A stretch of 59,633 nucleotides of DNA from Octopus bimaculoides (lineage: Eukaryota), in contig NC_068986.1 of assembly GCF_001194135.2 (NCBI RefSeq), positions 5,740,169 to 5,799,801 on the forward strand, read 5' to 3'. Below are positions 37,501-51,735 of the stretch, piece after piece (position 1 is the first letter of the stretch; every line of letters starts with the position of its first letter). Made by a program: the position numbers and the translations under genes. The notes beneath the pieces were generated by a model. It was not told the origin of the DNA, searched no databases, and saw only the letters and a list, made by a program, of their open reading frames with translations.

Positions 37501-38489
37501 GGGAGAATATACGAAAAAACAACAACAGACGAGGACAGGTGGTGTAAATACACATTATACACACACATGCACACATCCTACTGCTCATACACACACAAAT
37601 AGGCAAAGTACATTTGAATTTTGCTTCTATGTTATTGCAAAATTGCTGTTTTAATGTCTTTTGGATATGAAAACCAATCCTGTATAGAAATTAAATTTCT
37701 GGATTTTATTTGTAGACCTTGTTATTTCTATTCGAAATTTGTTCTTCATGAAGAAAATAACTATCAACTTCAAGCTGATGGTTAAAAAAAAAAAAAAAAA
37801 AAAAGTAATTTTTGCCCCAAATATTGCAGAAGATTATTTAACCAGAAAATATACAATCTGTTCACACTTTTTCAGTCAAAGAAAATTTGTATTAAATTTA
37901 TGCATAATTTAAAATTGTAATGAAGAGAGAAAAAAAAAAAGCCTTTCAAAAGGAGAAGAATAAAAGATTATTTTCAAAACAATTTCAAAGAGAAATGTTT
38001 CAGTTTTATTTTTAATTATAAATTTTGGAATATTGTCTTATTGTTTAGATTGCTGAAATCTGTAATATGTCACTGATGGCAAAGGTTATTTTGGATAACC
38101 ATTCTGTTGCAAGCTTTCAGATCAGAATCTGATTCCTCTTTGCCTCTGCTTTTCCTGAAAATGGGTCTTTCTCATGAAAGTTAACACAAAAATGTTTTAA
38201 AATATTTTTAGAATACCCAGAAAAATCACTGTATACCAATAAAGTTTTGTAATTTTAAACCAGATATTGATATGGAGGCAATTTTTTCGTAATCTATGCT
38301 ATTTGGAAGATACAGAAAATATTTGTCTTGAAAATGTCACCTCCATTTTTGTCACACTTATCGCTTAAGGTTTGTGGCTTAGTGGTTAAGGTGTTTTGCT
38401 AACAATCATAAGGTCAATGAGTTTGATTCCTGGTGGCACATTGTGTCTTTGAGCAAGACACTATTTTACATTGCTCCAGTCCACTCAAC

Positions 38490-39130
38490 AAACAATCCAA
38501 GTGCAGATGTGTCGTGTGTTGGATTTTCGTTTTCATGCAAGAAAACTGAACACATTGAGCAGAGACCAGTGATGATGGTCTTCATGAAGTCTGGGTCATG
38601 ATTTGCACAGTCCAGCATATCTTGAGTGATTTCTATGCAGAGTTGCTTCTGCTGCTCTGCCAGTGCCTTTTGAATGAATTTCACCAACACTCTCTGTATG
38701 CACAAATCTTCCATTAAAATGGAATGCACTGATCCTGTGCTTATTCCCACTTTGTGAGCAATTTCCTAGATGGTTACACAGCAGTCTTTCATGATTATTC
38801 ACCAAACCTTTGGAATTGGCTCCTCATTTTGGCTTGTGGACAGCCTGCCTGAGCGTGCTTTGCACTCCACTGAGGTATAGTCATATTTGAAGTGGTTGTA
38901 TCACTCTTTGATATGAGTTTTACCCATGACAGTATTACCAAAGATCTGCTGCATCTTCTGGATGGTTTGAGCTTGAGTATCACCAAGTTGTTGGCAAAAT
39001 TTGATGCAATATCTCTCTCTGCTCGATGTGTTTGGTGAAAATGAAAAGCCAATGACCAAGCACTACTTTTGTACTGTAAATGTAACAGTTGGGAACTGAT
39101 GCAGCCTACCAGTGTGAAAATTTTCACACA
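38490..39130 (-). mobile_element. Mariner transposase N-terminal half, decayed
   Basis: EQRxCIKFCQQLGDTQAQTIQKMQQIFG...GISTGSVHSILMEDL...KFIQKAL...PDFMKTIITG. It breaks off just before DETW. Confidence 0.85.
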
Positions 39131-40232
39131 TGTGTAAGAAGGATGGCATCATCTCCCGCTTAAATCATTTTGCCCTTGTGGCATTAGTTTTGGAAAGAAA
39201 AAATAAAGTTGAATACACCTCATAAATTATGAGGGGGAAAATGTCGGGTCCTGAGAATTTTCCTAAACTCCTACCCCCAACCACTTGGAAAATTTCTTCC
39301 CAGTAAATCTTTACATACACTCAATCTACAGGATATAAGTGATTATTTGGTGAAAGTTTTGTTAAAAAGTATCCGTTTTTCTGGAAGTTACGAGGCAACA
39401 AAGTTGGTAGGGTATTATACTGTAGTTATGCCATTTTCAATAAAAGTTAATGTTAATGGATTAATGTTAACTTCTGTCACATTTTTAAAGAATTAATGGA
39501 TTAATGATTAATGAGGTTAACTTTTTAATTAATGGTGCCCACCTCTGTATATATATTTATATATATATATATATATCAATTAAATATGAGGATAAAATCT
39601 ATATAAGATTTTATGAAGTAGCCAGTGTGTAAAACCAACTAAGGTAAAAAATTAATACAAAGTATATAATTTTTTCAAATACATTATTACATTAAGGGCT
39701 GTTACTATAAGTAAAGCCACATGCTGGAAAGGGAGGCTGAAGTCAAACTACTCTATCAAATATACACACGTGCTGAAGTCGAGGAAATGAACAAAGAAAA
39801 AATTCATTAAATGGTTCAGTTGCATAACAAAATGATTTTATGGTCAGTGCTGTAACACGCTCTCTATTTGTCATTGCAAACATAACCAGAAATATATAAA
39901 TATAAACACTTATACATACTATACAAATACGATCTATCCACAGAGCATATACAAATGTTCAATCCATGAAAAAATTTCAATCTTGTTCATTTCAGATAGA
40001 AATTTGTTCATAGATATATGTGTGAACATCTGTGGATATGTTTGTGTTCATATGAGAGGTATAAGTGTTTATATTTATATGTTTCTGGTTATGTTTGCAA
40101 TGACAAATGGAGAGCATGTTACAACACTGACCATGAAATCATTTCGATATGCAAGACCCGGCAAGGCAAGTGAGAGCATAATCTGTGTCCTCTGTCAGAA
40201 GTGTAGCCAGCTCACTAATTTGTATCTTTACT

Positions 40233-40870
40233 TCATTGGACACTAAAAACCCTGCTTGCGAAGACCTGTTGAGGCAAGTGAATTTGAAATTTGCAATCTG
40301 AAATCGAAATCGAACCGAATCCGACGACTAACACCCATGCCAACATCTCCTTCATTGGACACTAAACTCTGCTTGCGAAGACCTGTTGGGGCAAGTGAAA
40401 TCGTAATTGAACTATACTCAATGACTGGCACCTGCGCCAGTGGAGCACTAAAAGCACTGTCCGAGCATGTTCATTGCCAGAGCAGCTGTCTGGCTTCCGT
40501 GCTAGTGGCCCATAAATAGCACCATTTGAGCATAATAGTTACCAGAGTCGCCTTCTAGCGCTTGTGCTGGTGGCACGTTAGAAAATCATGAGCGAGGTCG
40601 TTGCCAATGCCCCTGGACTGGCTCCTGTACAGGTGGCATGTAATTTTGAGTGTGGCTGTTGCCAGTGCCGTGTGACTGGCCCTCGTGCCGGCGGCATGTA
40701 AAAGCACCCACTACACTCTCGGCGTGGTTGGCATTAGGAAGGGCATCCAGCTGTAGAAACTCTGCCAGATCAGATTGGAGACTGGAAGAGCCTTCTGGTT
40801 TGCCAGTCCTCAGTCAAATCGTCCAACCCATGCTAGCATGGAAAGCGGATGTTAAACGATGATGATGATG
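40233..40870 (+). mobile_element. RTE-type 3'-tail repeat, long modular copy
   Basis: Duplicated TTCATTGGACACTAAA...CTGCTTGCGAAGACCTGTTG (about 40232 and 40351), several modules, ending GTTAAACGATGATGATGATG. Confidence 0.85.
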
Positions 40871-41779
40871 CAAACGAACCTTTTAAAGAACTTTTTCTTT
40901 GTTCATTTCCTTGACTTCAGTGTATGTGTATATTTCATAAAGTAATTTGACTTTAGTGTCCCTTTCCAGCATGTGGCTTTACTTATAGTAACAGCCCTTA
41001 ATGTAATAATATATACACACACACACACACACATACAATATATGCATACATATATATAAACACACACATAATTTTTACCAGATTTCACATATCCTCTGAA
41101 TTTAATGTTCTTGAAGAATAAAACATTACAAGATGCAGTGGAATCACATCAGTAACAAGGTCACAGTTGATGCGATGAAAATTTTAATAATAATTTCTGT
41201 GAATGACAGCAGTTATGCATTTCCCAGATGCCTTCGCTATGCAGAATAATGTCTTTGCCTCTTGCCAACCTCTGACAATCTCTCTTCCTGCAGCTGACAG
41301 TTTTTTGTACTTTTTAGTGACGGAAAATATACCTTTTGTGGCAATTATAACGAAATTGCTTTCTTATATCAGAGTCTTTGCATGTATTTGAATGGCTATT
41401 ACATGTCATCCATGCTGCTATCATTTTAATTTCAACACATGGTCTCAAATAAAGTTACTTGCCTAATAAGTAAGTACATCTTTTTATGAAAAAATAATTC
41501 ACAGATTCTTGAGTTATCAAGTACAACACAAGTGGTTGTCTTAACCCTTTGGAGATCGAACCTCATTTGGAGTTTTAGTGCCAAGAAGATGGAGCCCTTT
41601 TCACAAGCCCTACAGAGGGCATGCACTTATTTTCAAAAAAAAATTATAAAAAATAAAGTAATTACTTTACATATATAAAACTATATAAATTCTTATAGGA
41701 AATTGAATGAACTAATACAATCTTCGTCATTTGACTTTTCAGTCGATAGACTGGCCCTGTTGTCTCCTAAAGGTTAAAC

Positions 41780-42000
41780 AAGTGGTTCTCAATGCGGATC
41801 CATATAAGATTTAGTTGTTAAAAATTATGTGCATTGAATTGGTTATCCTCCCGCAATACATGAAATATTTTTACAATTAATATTTATATAATTCCTAATA
41901 ATTATAAAAGCACAATAGGATTTTTTAAACACTGAATGGCTATGAAGGTCCATCCGAATAAAATAGGAGTCCATAGGCAAAAAATGGTTGAGTACCACTG
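41780..42000. mobile_element. hAT/Charlie-like MITE
   Basis: TIRs AAGTGGTTCTCAAT and GTTGAGTACCACTG. The 8-bp flanks GGTTAAAC and TCTTAAAC match at 6 of 8 positions. Confidence 0.65.
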
Positions 42001-44020
42001 TCTTAAACCATTGCCTAGTTAAATGGCACTACCTAAACCTTGGGTGACTTTTCTAGGATCCATTCTGTTGCCAGCATTTGAGCAAGGTCATTGAACTGAA
42101 AATGTTTCTCACATCCCTTATGGGCACTGAAAAGGGCATGTGTATGGTTTTCCTTCTTCTGGCTAAGCCAATAACCACCTCAACAAATCTCCTTAGAAAA
42201 TATTTTATTCCTTTCATTGGTAAAGTACCATACTAAAATTTTGTAAATATTCTTATACACTTTTTTTTATGTCAAAAACAAACATTGAAATACATGAAAA
42301 AAAATCCTGCTCTGCACACAAAATTAATGTTTTAACTCAAGTATCTGACAATGCTTCTCATTTACAACATTGTATTGATTCATTCATCTCTTGTAGGTGA
42401 ATGGTTAAGTTTTCTTTGCAGTCACAAGGTCCTAGGGTCAATTCCACTGTATGACATTTAAGACAAGTATCTTTTCCCCATAGCTTTGCACTGAAACATG
42501 CTTTGTGGGTGAAAATGGGTAGATGGAAACTCTGTGCAAGCCAGTCAGAAATTGAGAAATTCTGAAATTCAGACAGCTAATCTTGCCACACTTGTATATC
42601 AAAATGATTCAACTTAGAATTATGTTAAGGGCACACATGTCTGGGGAATACTCAGCCACTAACACATTGATTTGATGTTCCTGGTAGTCTACTTGATCAA
42701 ACAACTAAAAAACATCAGAGTCAGAAACTGTGATCAAGATCCATTTATTATTTCTGGTACCATCCCCCGCCAAACATGAAAATAAACAATCACAACTAAA
42801 ATAGGAAGTCTGATTTTAAAAAATGAAGATACAAAAAACATTTAAATGTGAATACATAACCAGTTTATTTATGACACATTACAAATTATGGTGCAAAAGT
42901 CATGGAGTACAAGCAAAATACAGTACTATCTGCAAACCAATCATTGTATCTGGAGAGATCAAAGAAAAATCCAAATGGGATGGAATTAGCAACTAAATTG
43001 AGGACATGGTTTACAGTTTGACACCAAAATCACAATGCTTATTATAGTAATAAGGTTTCAAATGTAGCCAACCAGTGGTAGTAAATGTGGGCAATCAATT
43101 TGTTGACCAACTATATGTAATTTTTTTTGTTTTATTCAATTTTTTTCTCTATTTCCATAGAAATTGTATAAATCCAGATTTTCTGTGATTGGGAACCCTC
43201 AGGAGATATTAAGATGTATGAATTTTTACCATCCCAGTCAGGAAATAAAAATAAGTTTACTAACAAAAAGTAAAAAACACCCGAAAAATCAACAAACAAA
43301 ATAACAGTCTGAAGCTTCCACAGTATTCTATTTTAATGGACATGAATATATATCTTTAACTTATCACAGTTACAAAGCTTGATACAAATAAAAGATATTT
43401 TAACAACAAAAATAATAACAGATCTTGTTTTTATTTTTTAATTTAGGATGAAAAAAATCCCGTAAATGAAATTAAATTAAAATATCAATATAATTTACCT
43501 CCAAAACAGAATTTTGGAAATGGCATTTTTTTTTTTGTCTTTTAATCTGGCATGAAACCTTACAAAATTATATGAAGGAGGACAAAAAATGGAATGTGAA
43601 GGTTTAGTGCAGTAACTGAGAATCAAAACTAAACTATGAATTTTATTTACCAGGAATTTAATGTTGAACCATTGCCTAAATACAGAGTTTAAACCAATTT
43701 TCTTTTTAAAGTAATGAAATAGTAAAATAAACACTATATCTCTGTTCTAGATATTGGAAAAGTTGCTACCATCTGTTCAAAGAAAAGAAAAGAAAATGAA
43801 AGAAAAAAAATCCCCTATAACTGTTTAAATTTTGATATGATGTTAAGGGTCAGTTTAGGATCAGTTCAGATGGAAATTCTCTAATTGTAAAGAGTTTTTT
43901 TTTTTTAATTGCAGCAAATATTTTTGTCTATAGATTCCTTTCTATGTGCTTTACTTGAGAGTTAAGAACTGTAACATGAACAATATAGAACTGTTTGGAA
44001 AAGTGAAAAATACATACACA

Positions 44021-44173
44021 CACAGAGTTTTATTGAAACTGAATATGTATCTCACAGCCTAAGTTTCATGTTACTGTGATCTTCAGACAATACAGACTCA
44101 CCTGAAGATTGCAATCATGTGAAACTTGAGTCATGGGATAGACGTTAATTTTCAATAAACTATATACTCTGCA
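44021..44173. ncRNA. Palindrome carrying an inverted pair of degenerate hammerhead motifs
   Basis: Plus strand: CTCAC-CTGAAGA-12 nt-GAAAC-TTGA-GTC-ATGGG...AATAAA (44097-44159). Minus strand: CTGAAGA-12 nt-GAAAC-TTAG-GCT-GTGAG...AATAAA (44086 to 44029). The loop is 15 nt. Confidence 0.65.
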
Positions 44174-47100
44174 TGTTTTGAGCACTCATCAGAGTGTGTG
44201 TGTGCATGTCTACACATGTATAACTAACACAACAGACAGAAACATCTAAGGTTGTAAATGATGTCTTCAAAGCCAGAAAAAAAGCCTTTCAAATTAATTG
44301 CAGGGGCCCAAATGATTTAATTTTCGTTATGCTTCAAATTAAAAAAACTTACATCTAATATACTAGCAAATATTATATAGGGCCAATTTTTGGCAATTTC
44401 ATAAAGATCTAAACTAAGAGTTCATAATTTTTATTATTTGTGGCACATTATAGTTTAATTTATTCATTTTGTCTCCATTTTTCTATGCTAGCTTGAATTA
44501 GATACTTATTTGAGGCAGTATTTTTATGGCTGGATGCCCTTCTTGTTGCCAATCCCTTAAACAAATAAATTAGTGACATAATCATCATACTATATTGTCT
44601 TACAACATTAATGATTTTTGCTTAAATTATGGTTTTCAACATTGTACAGATTTTCTTCATTACTGTCATATTCAAAAAGTATTTTTAAACTGCACTTTTT
44701 AGAAATATGTAATTTTGAAAATCATTTTCTAAAGTTTCTAATTTCTTTAAAATAATTACAAACACTATATTAATCATTAGTAATGTATATATATAATATA
44801 ACACTAATGAAATAACAAATAGTAAAGACAATAATTTAAAAGAAAAATATAAAGGAAATGACACTTATTTGCAACATTAAATTAATAGAAGTTGTTCATG
44901 GAATGTATAAAATGTAGTTGCAGTATACAGCTAATAAAGCCATACTATTATATATTCATTTATGTGGGTAATGTATTAAAGTTATAATATAGTGACAGGA
45001 AACAGAAAATTAAGGTTCATTACCTAATCCTGTTAACTCACAGTTTATCTGTGTTAGATAGTTCAACAAATATTTTCTATTGTCATAATAAACAAGGGTA
45101 ACCTAGGATAGGCTTTTGTCTAAATTACATTCAAATAGCAATCAATGTTCTGTTTAAAGAGTTACTTTCATTTCTGGTTCCACAGTTATTAGAGACTTCA
45201 TAAAATGTTAAAGCATTTATTTATAATTATTATTTTTCTGTAATTTTTACTTTCATTTAATCCTTACAGGCTAAATAAGAATAAATTTGGAAATATTACC
45301 AAAATATAAATCCTAAAGAAAATCTAAGTGGATTGAGATTTTGTGTGTGTGTCTGTGTGAAAATAAGTGAAAGTGAAAGCGTTTGAGTCAGGTGTATTCT
45401 TAAATTAGCAGATCGATCTCTTCACAATACAAATTAAATCTAAGCTCAATGACATATCTACAGCTCATGTGTCATTGTCAAAATTTTGTTTCCAATATGT
45501 TTGGGAATTCACACGATTAGAAAACTCAAATCAAAATATGAGGAGGGAGTAGTTGAAGTTATGCAGTATTTTTTACAAACCTAATCATTTCCCTTCTTGG
45601 GTGTAATTTAATAATTTATATGTTGGTTTAATTTAAACCAATTAAAATTTACTGCAGTTCTTTTTTTTTTATATTTTAAAACTTAAATTTGACAAAATAT
45701 ACTACTTTTACAGTGTGCAAATGGAAGAAGACATTTTATTTTCTACACTTTGCAATACAGAAAATCTAAACTTGACACCATATGAGCAACGCTGTAAAAA
45801 CTTTTTGTGAAGACTTATCATCAGACTTTAAATTTAGTCAAGCAATGAGAGAGAAATTGAACATGATCTAAAGCCATAATAATGTGACAATCAAAGCTGA
45901 ATAAACTAACAGGTCTCTGTACAATATGTTATAAATGTTTGGAGGTACAGTTAAAAAAAACAACAAAAAACACAGGTAAAGATTATAAATAAATTGAACA
46001 TTCTGGAATGTAGTAAGAATTTCTGTATGAAATTATTTTTTGGTATAAACATGGATTGAATATTAGCACTCAGCAATTATAATGTCAAACTGTCAAATAT
46101 GTCTTAATAAGCAAAGAACAAATAACAATTTTCAAAACTGCAATTACTTTCTGGCAATGGTTTGCATTAAGCATCTCTAAAAGTTGTTTCAACACTATCT
46201 ATTAATAAGAGAACACTACTTAATTTGATAATCACTTAGACACCTTTAAATACATATATTTACATACATTCATACATACACATATAAAATCTTTACCATT
46301 TTCTCAGGATGAGCAGTAGTAAAGCTTGGTGGGTAAAACATTTGATCAAGTCACGTCTGTAATCTCACTATAAGTAAGCAAAGGCAACCAAATTTCCTAT
46401 CAGTTTTTAGTCATGAATGGTGTCATATGCCTACATGTAAGTTTATTTACTATCATGTAATTATTACAAGTACAGAAGAGGTTGAAGAGAATGATGTAGT
46501 ACAAGTTTCTATGGATAACGACATCTTTGTTTTACAAACTAACAAAAACAATTTTGTATATAAGAAGATCCCATACAATTGATAGTCTCAGTTAGAAAGA
46601 CTTATTGGAATGTAGTTAAGAGAGAGATTAGAAATTTCTCACTTGGCTAGTATTTACCATATTAACACCATACAGAGAAAACAAGAAACCCTGTGAGTAT
46701 AAAATGTACAAAATTCAGTTTAAATAATGATCTTTAAGGTGATATGATTTCATTACATAAGCTGCTTAGCTATAATTTGGTTCACTAACATGTAATAAGA
46801 ACTTTTAAGAAATCCCATCCCTATAATGTTATCAACAAGCTGGTCACTAATGTATTTTTTTTATTTCAGGACATATTGACTAGATTTTTCTTATAGATAA
46901 CAAAAATAACACTGTATAATGACAGAAATTACTTCACTTTAGATATAGAATTAGGTTTCTTCTACAAGAAAAATTAATTAACAAATTCCAAGAAATATTT
47001 TGCCAATACAAATGGAGAAATGGAAAAAGAACAATTTTGAAAAGCATAAAGAAAATAGCTATTGATTAAAAATTAATAAAAATAAGAACAATTTGTGGAT

Positions 47101-48759
47101 GGTCTTATTAACAATGAGAAGCCATGGAGTAAATAGCATTGCATAGGCAGGATAGAAACAGAGATAAAGCTTTATCTACAATAAAACACAAATGTTAACT
47201 AATCCAAAAATATTAGTGTAATCTCACATTTAACATTAGCAAAACAATCTTAGGTGGTTTTAGTAGATGAAAACGGTGGGAAGAAAGAGGGCTTTATTTA
47301 CAGAATTAAAAACAAAGTTGATAACAAAAAATAAAAAAAATACCATGAATCCACTTCACAGCTGATACAGAAGAAAAGAAATGCATTTATCTGGTTTTCT
47401 TCGAATGCATTTACTTGTTATTTATGAGCTGTAACTCACATTAGTTCAGAAACAGTGGACTAAACATACTCACTCACATGGCATTACAGTATCAAAAATT
47501 ACATTAACTATATTGTAATTGTTTTATGTATGAAAACATTTACTTCTAACATTGAATGCCCCCTTGTAGGGATCAATGTGTTAATTATATACAAGTTGTT
47601 AATTACCACAAATAGAAGTTTAGTCAATGAAAGGAAGAATTAGGCAATATGCTTTCTTGCATAAAGGTAACAGCTGAAACTGATACCAAAACACAACCAT
47701 TTCTAATTAAAATACTGCAGAAATAAATGATCTATAATTTTCCTATAAATTGGCTATTTGTGAAGAAAGTTGGTAAGAAGATTGTATGTGTGTGTGTGTC
47801 TGTTATATATATATATATATATATATATTATATTATATTATATTGGTTCAGATAGAACATGACTATAGATAATCAATTAGGAAATTGATGACTAATCATT
47901 TTAACTTAATTAAAAACAAAATAACTATTAAGTCTGAAGAAATTGTTGCAGTTATGGTGAAATACAACATTGATTTGAAGAGATTATTTTATCCGATACT
48001 TTAATAGGATTGTTAGAAAGAAGAAATTTTCAAAAGGCCATCTTAATATGTCATTCATTGGAAAGATCTTAAACTGCCATGAAAGCATCCTGTGAACCTT
48101 TTTATTAAAGGCTTTTCTCTCCAACTTTTCTAAATCAATATTTATTGAAAATTTAAAAAGGAAATAAAAATTTTTTTAACAATATTTCATCTCAAATATT
48201 TTAAGTGATACATACAATAAAAAGAAAGAAAAAAAAGTTATTTTGATGAACTATACTCATTCACAGAAATCAAAATATAAAAACTATTTTTTTTTTATAA
48301 AGAATAATAATTTTTCTTTTCTTTTCAAATGAAATTTTAAAAAATTTAAAATCAAGAAATAATCTTTTTTGTCAAAATTATATTTTGATTTGCATCATTA
48401 AAAATACCCAAAATTATATTTTAAAAAATACAGTTTCTACTGGAAAAAAAATGACATAAATGCAGTTTGCTAATCAATATGTCTTATGCAGAGAGAAAAA
48501 AAGAGAGAGACAAAAGAAATATAGAATTTAACTTGCTTCTCAACATGAAGATCCTTTGACAAAATCTCCAAGGGGAAGGGGAAGAAGGATGTACATCAAC
48601 ATTCATTCTTTTAGTTAAACATCTACAGGATGCCATTCATACATGTCAAAGGAATTTGTAGCACAGTTCACAGCTTATATAATACAACTGAAGATGGATA
48701 ATAAACTGCAAAAGACATCATTGTTGCCAGTTTCAAACTTCTTGCTTCAGGCCCAAATC

Positions 48760-49304
48760 TTACAAGTACATACCATTGATGAGGTAATCTGCTTCATTTG
48801 AATGTAGAGCTCTACCTTTGCGTAGTCTGCGTTTCACACGGTGCAAACGGCAGCCAACAAAGATTAACAACATAGTTGTGAAGGAGAGTCCAAGAGCAAG
48901 GGCCACAATAGGGCCTTGTGCATTGTCTGAAGGACTTGCTACGACAACCTTTTTCTTCAGAATGTAGTTGGAATGTTCAAAGAATTTAGCTGAGCTTTTT
49001 ATTGGTTTCTGTGTAACGGAGTTATTCTGATGTAAACTTGTTGATCTTGTAGTTGTAGATTCCTTGCTGCTGGCTACAACAGAATCATTCTCACTTTCAC
49101 CGTTCACTTTGTCTTTGTTACCATTATCAGTAGATGCTGCATTGGAATGGACAGTTCCATCAGTTTCTGCTTTATAATCTGTATTTGTGTTTGCTGCTTG
49201 CATCCTGCTCTCAGTATGGAATCTTGTTTTAGGATGATCTTGTGCATCAGGCCTAACATCTGGTGACATGTTCTTACTTAGGGTAGGTTGCTGCTGCTGT
49301 TTAC
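48760..49304 (-). CDS. LRP11: LRP11-like membrane protein, last exon (Ser/Thr-rich stalk, TM helix, cytoplasmic tail)
   Basis: GPIVALALGLSFTTMLLIFVGCRLHRVKRRLRKGRALHSNEADYLINGMYL* matches the LRP11 TM/tail pattern (LALGL..T.LL....CRL...K......DYLINGMYL). The acceptor TTCTTCAG is at 49305-49312 and the frame is open from the splice site (phase 1). The symbol means LRP11-like; orthology is untested. Confidence 0.88.
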
Positions 49305-50356
49305 CTGAAGAATAAAGAATATATTCTGTGATATATCCATGTTATCTCTAGTTGTTCTATAATTTTACTTACTTTTCCATTGCTCTACTAAATGACTGAT
49401 GTAAAACTTCATCACCAAATGAATTATGTAAATTACCACTGACGTCTAACATAGCACAATAGAACAAGGGTTGGTGAACAGGGGTAAATTACCCCAAGTG
49501 GGGTAAAAATGAAATTCTCGGTGGGTAATGAGGACACATTAGACATATATAAAATTATAAAAAAAACATGTTCCTTGTTATGACAGAAATTTTTCTTCTG
49601 GCATGAGGAGGCAGTCAAAAAGTTACCTTTTGCAACAACCTACCTCACCAAACAAGGATTTTCCACTCCAATGAACATAAAAACAAAGCAGAGTAATCAA
49701 TTGGACCCTGAAGACTGTATCCAAAATTGCTCTGGCATCAAAATGTCCCAATTTTTATGTAATTGTAACAAAAATGAAACATCATTTCTCCAAAACCTGA
49801 AGTGAAAAGGTTTCTAGAAAAATCCTTTTGTTCTATAATGAGGATATTAATTTATTTTATTGCATTTGTTTTATCCTTTTTATATTTATAATTGTAGTCT
49901 CCATATAAATAGATTCAATAAACCTTTTGAATTCAAGGAATCTAGGGTTCTTTCCCTTTCAAATCAAGCGGGTAATGTCTGCATAAATAAATATATTTTG
50001 GGGTAATTGATTAAAAAAGATCCCCGTCCCCTGCAATAGATTATTAACTGGAATTCCATACCTTAGCCAGAAGAGAAAGAGTAGTGCTTGTGACATTTTC
50101 AGGGCTTCTGAAACTGGTGGGAGGAGGGCGGAGAAGTTATTTATTCTCAAACCATGGCATGAGTGTTTGCAACAAATGGACTCAAGGGTCAGATGATGGC
50201 ATTAAACTGAATGGTGGATTAAGTCTATCACCCCAAATCAGGGATGTTATTACCCAAATCAGGTATGTTATTACCTGATTTAAATATCTTATTATTGTTG
50301 TTTTTCTTATGATTATTATAATCATTAATATTGGTAGTACTACTAACACTATTATT

Positions 50357-50394
<38 letters not shown>

Positions 50395-51475
50395 AGACAT
50401 GACACAGTACTCATTGCTGAGTTCCTCCCTGCCTATTTACAATTTTTTCCATCCTGTGTCATTTATGTAAGTTTTGTGGCTATTCAGTTATATTGGACAT
50501 ATCACAAGGACAACTCATTAATTTTATTAACTTTATTGCTTTCAGACAGTATATAATTGAAATTGTCATCATTATATTTAGGGAGATATGCTTAATTTCT
50601 CTTAATAACCAGCACTAGCTAGAACTTCCATTATAGTAACTAGCATTTTGGGTAAAAATGTGGTTAGTGGAGAGCAATGATATATGAGAAGATGCATTAT
50701 TTACTATGGAACATATGACAGCTTTTGGATGATTTGAGAAGTGATTTACTTAATCATGATTCTGCTTTGACTTATTGAAAGGTTTAAAGAGACCTGTACT
50801 AAAATCTAAAGTAATTCTAAGAAGTTTGCTATTTTATAGATGTCACCAAATGTAACGGGGAAACCTACATTCCTAAAGTGTCTAATACAATTTTTCTTAG
50901 TTCTAACAAATGCATTTCTAATCTAACAAACAAGAGAAAGAGCTCTCAATACATATTGTAGAATATATCACTGATGATCCACTCTATTACTGTTCAGAGT
51001 TTTCACTGAATACAATCCTTCAGATATCCATTGATGTTGTTTAATGTTGTCTCATTTATAATATCATAGGAGAAGGATGAGAAAATATACCAGGTTATGA
51101 CAATAAAAATATACAATGGCATTTAATGCATGGATGTCTGAGTATTTAAAAAAAGTACTCGGTGTAACACATCTGTTTTGATTTCATATAACTGAGACTG
51201 CAAATAGGTACACGGCATGTTAAAAGACAAAACTAAAAGTATTAGCAACAGGAAGGGTATACATGGCTATAAAATACCACCTCAGAAAAACCACCCAACC
51301 TATAACAGTGTAGAAAAAGTGAACATAAAACACTACTGAATGTTATTGGCCCTTATAATAATGAGTGAAAAATAAACCATAGGAAACCACTTGTTATATG
51401 AAAGGGGCTATGAAAGTGTAGTTGTAGTAAAAATTGAAGTCACAATTTTAAATAATTCTATTGGAACTTGTTCAT

Positions 51476-51735
51476 CATCATCATCATCGTTTAACATCCA
51501 CTTTCCATGCTAGCATGGGTTGGATGATTTGACTGAGGACTGGTGAACCAGATGGTTACACCGGGTCCAATCTGATCTGGCAGAGTTTCTACAGCTGGAT
51601 GCCTTTCCTAACGCCAACCACTCAGAGAGTGTAGTGGGTGCTTTTATGTGCCACCGGCACAAAGGCCAGTCAGGCGGTACTGGCAACGGCCATGCTCAAA
51701 ATGGTGTATCTTATGTGCCACCTGCACAGGAGCCT
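51476..51735 (-). mobile_element. RTE-type 3'-tail repeat in an LRP11-like intron
   Basis: Same family sequence as 5183-5417. Confidence 0.85.

Noticed and set aside
50965-51010. CTGATGA as another hammerhead core
   Set aside because: There is no stem II or downstream GAAA at the right spacing.
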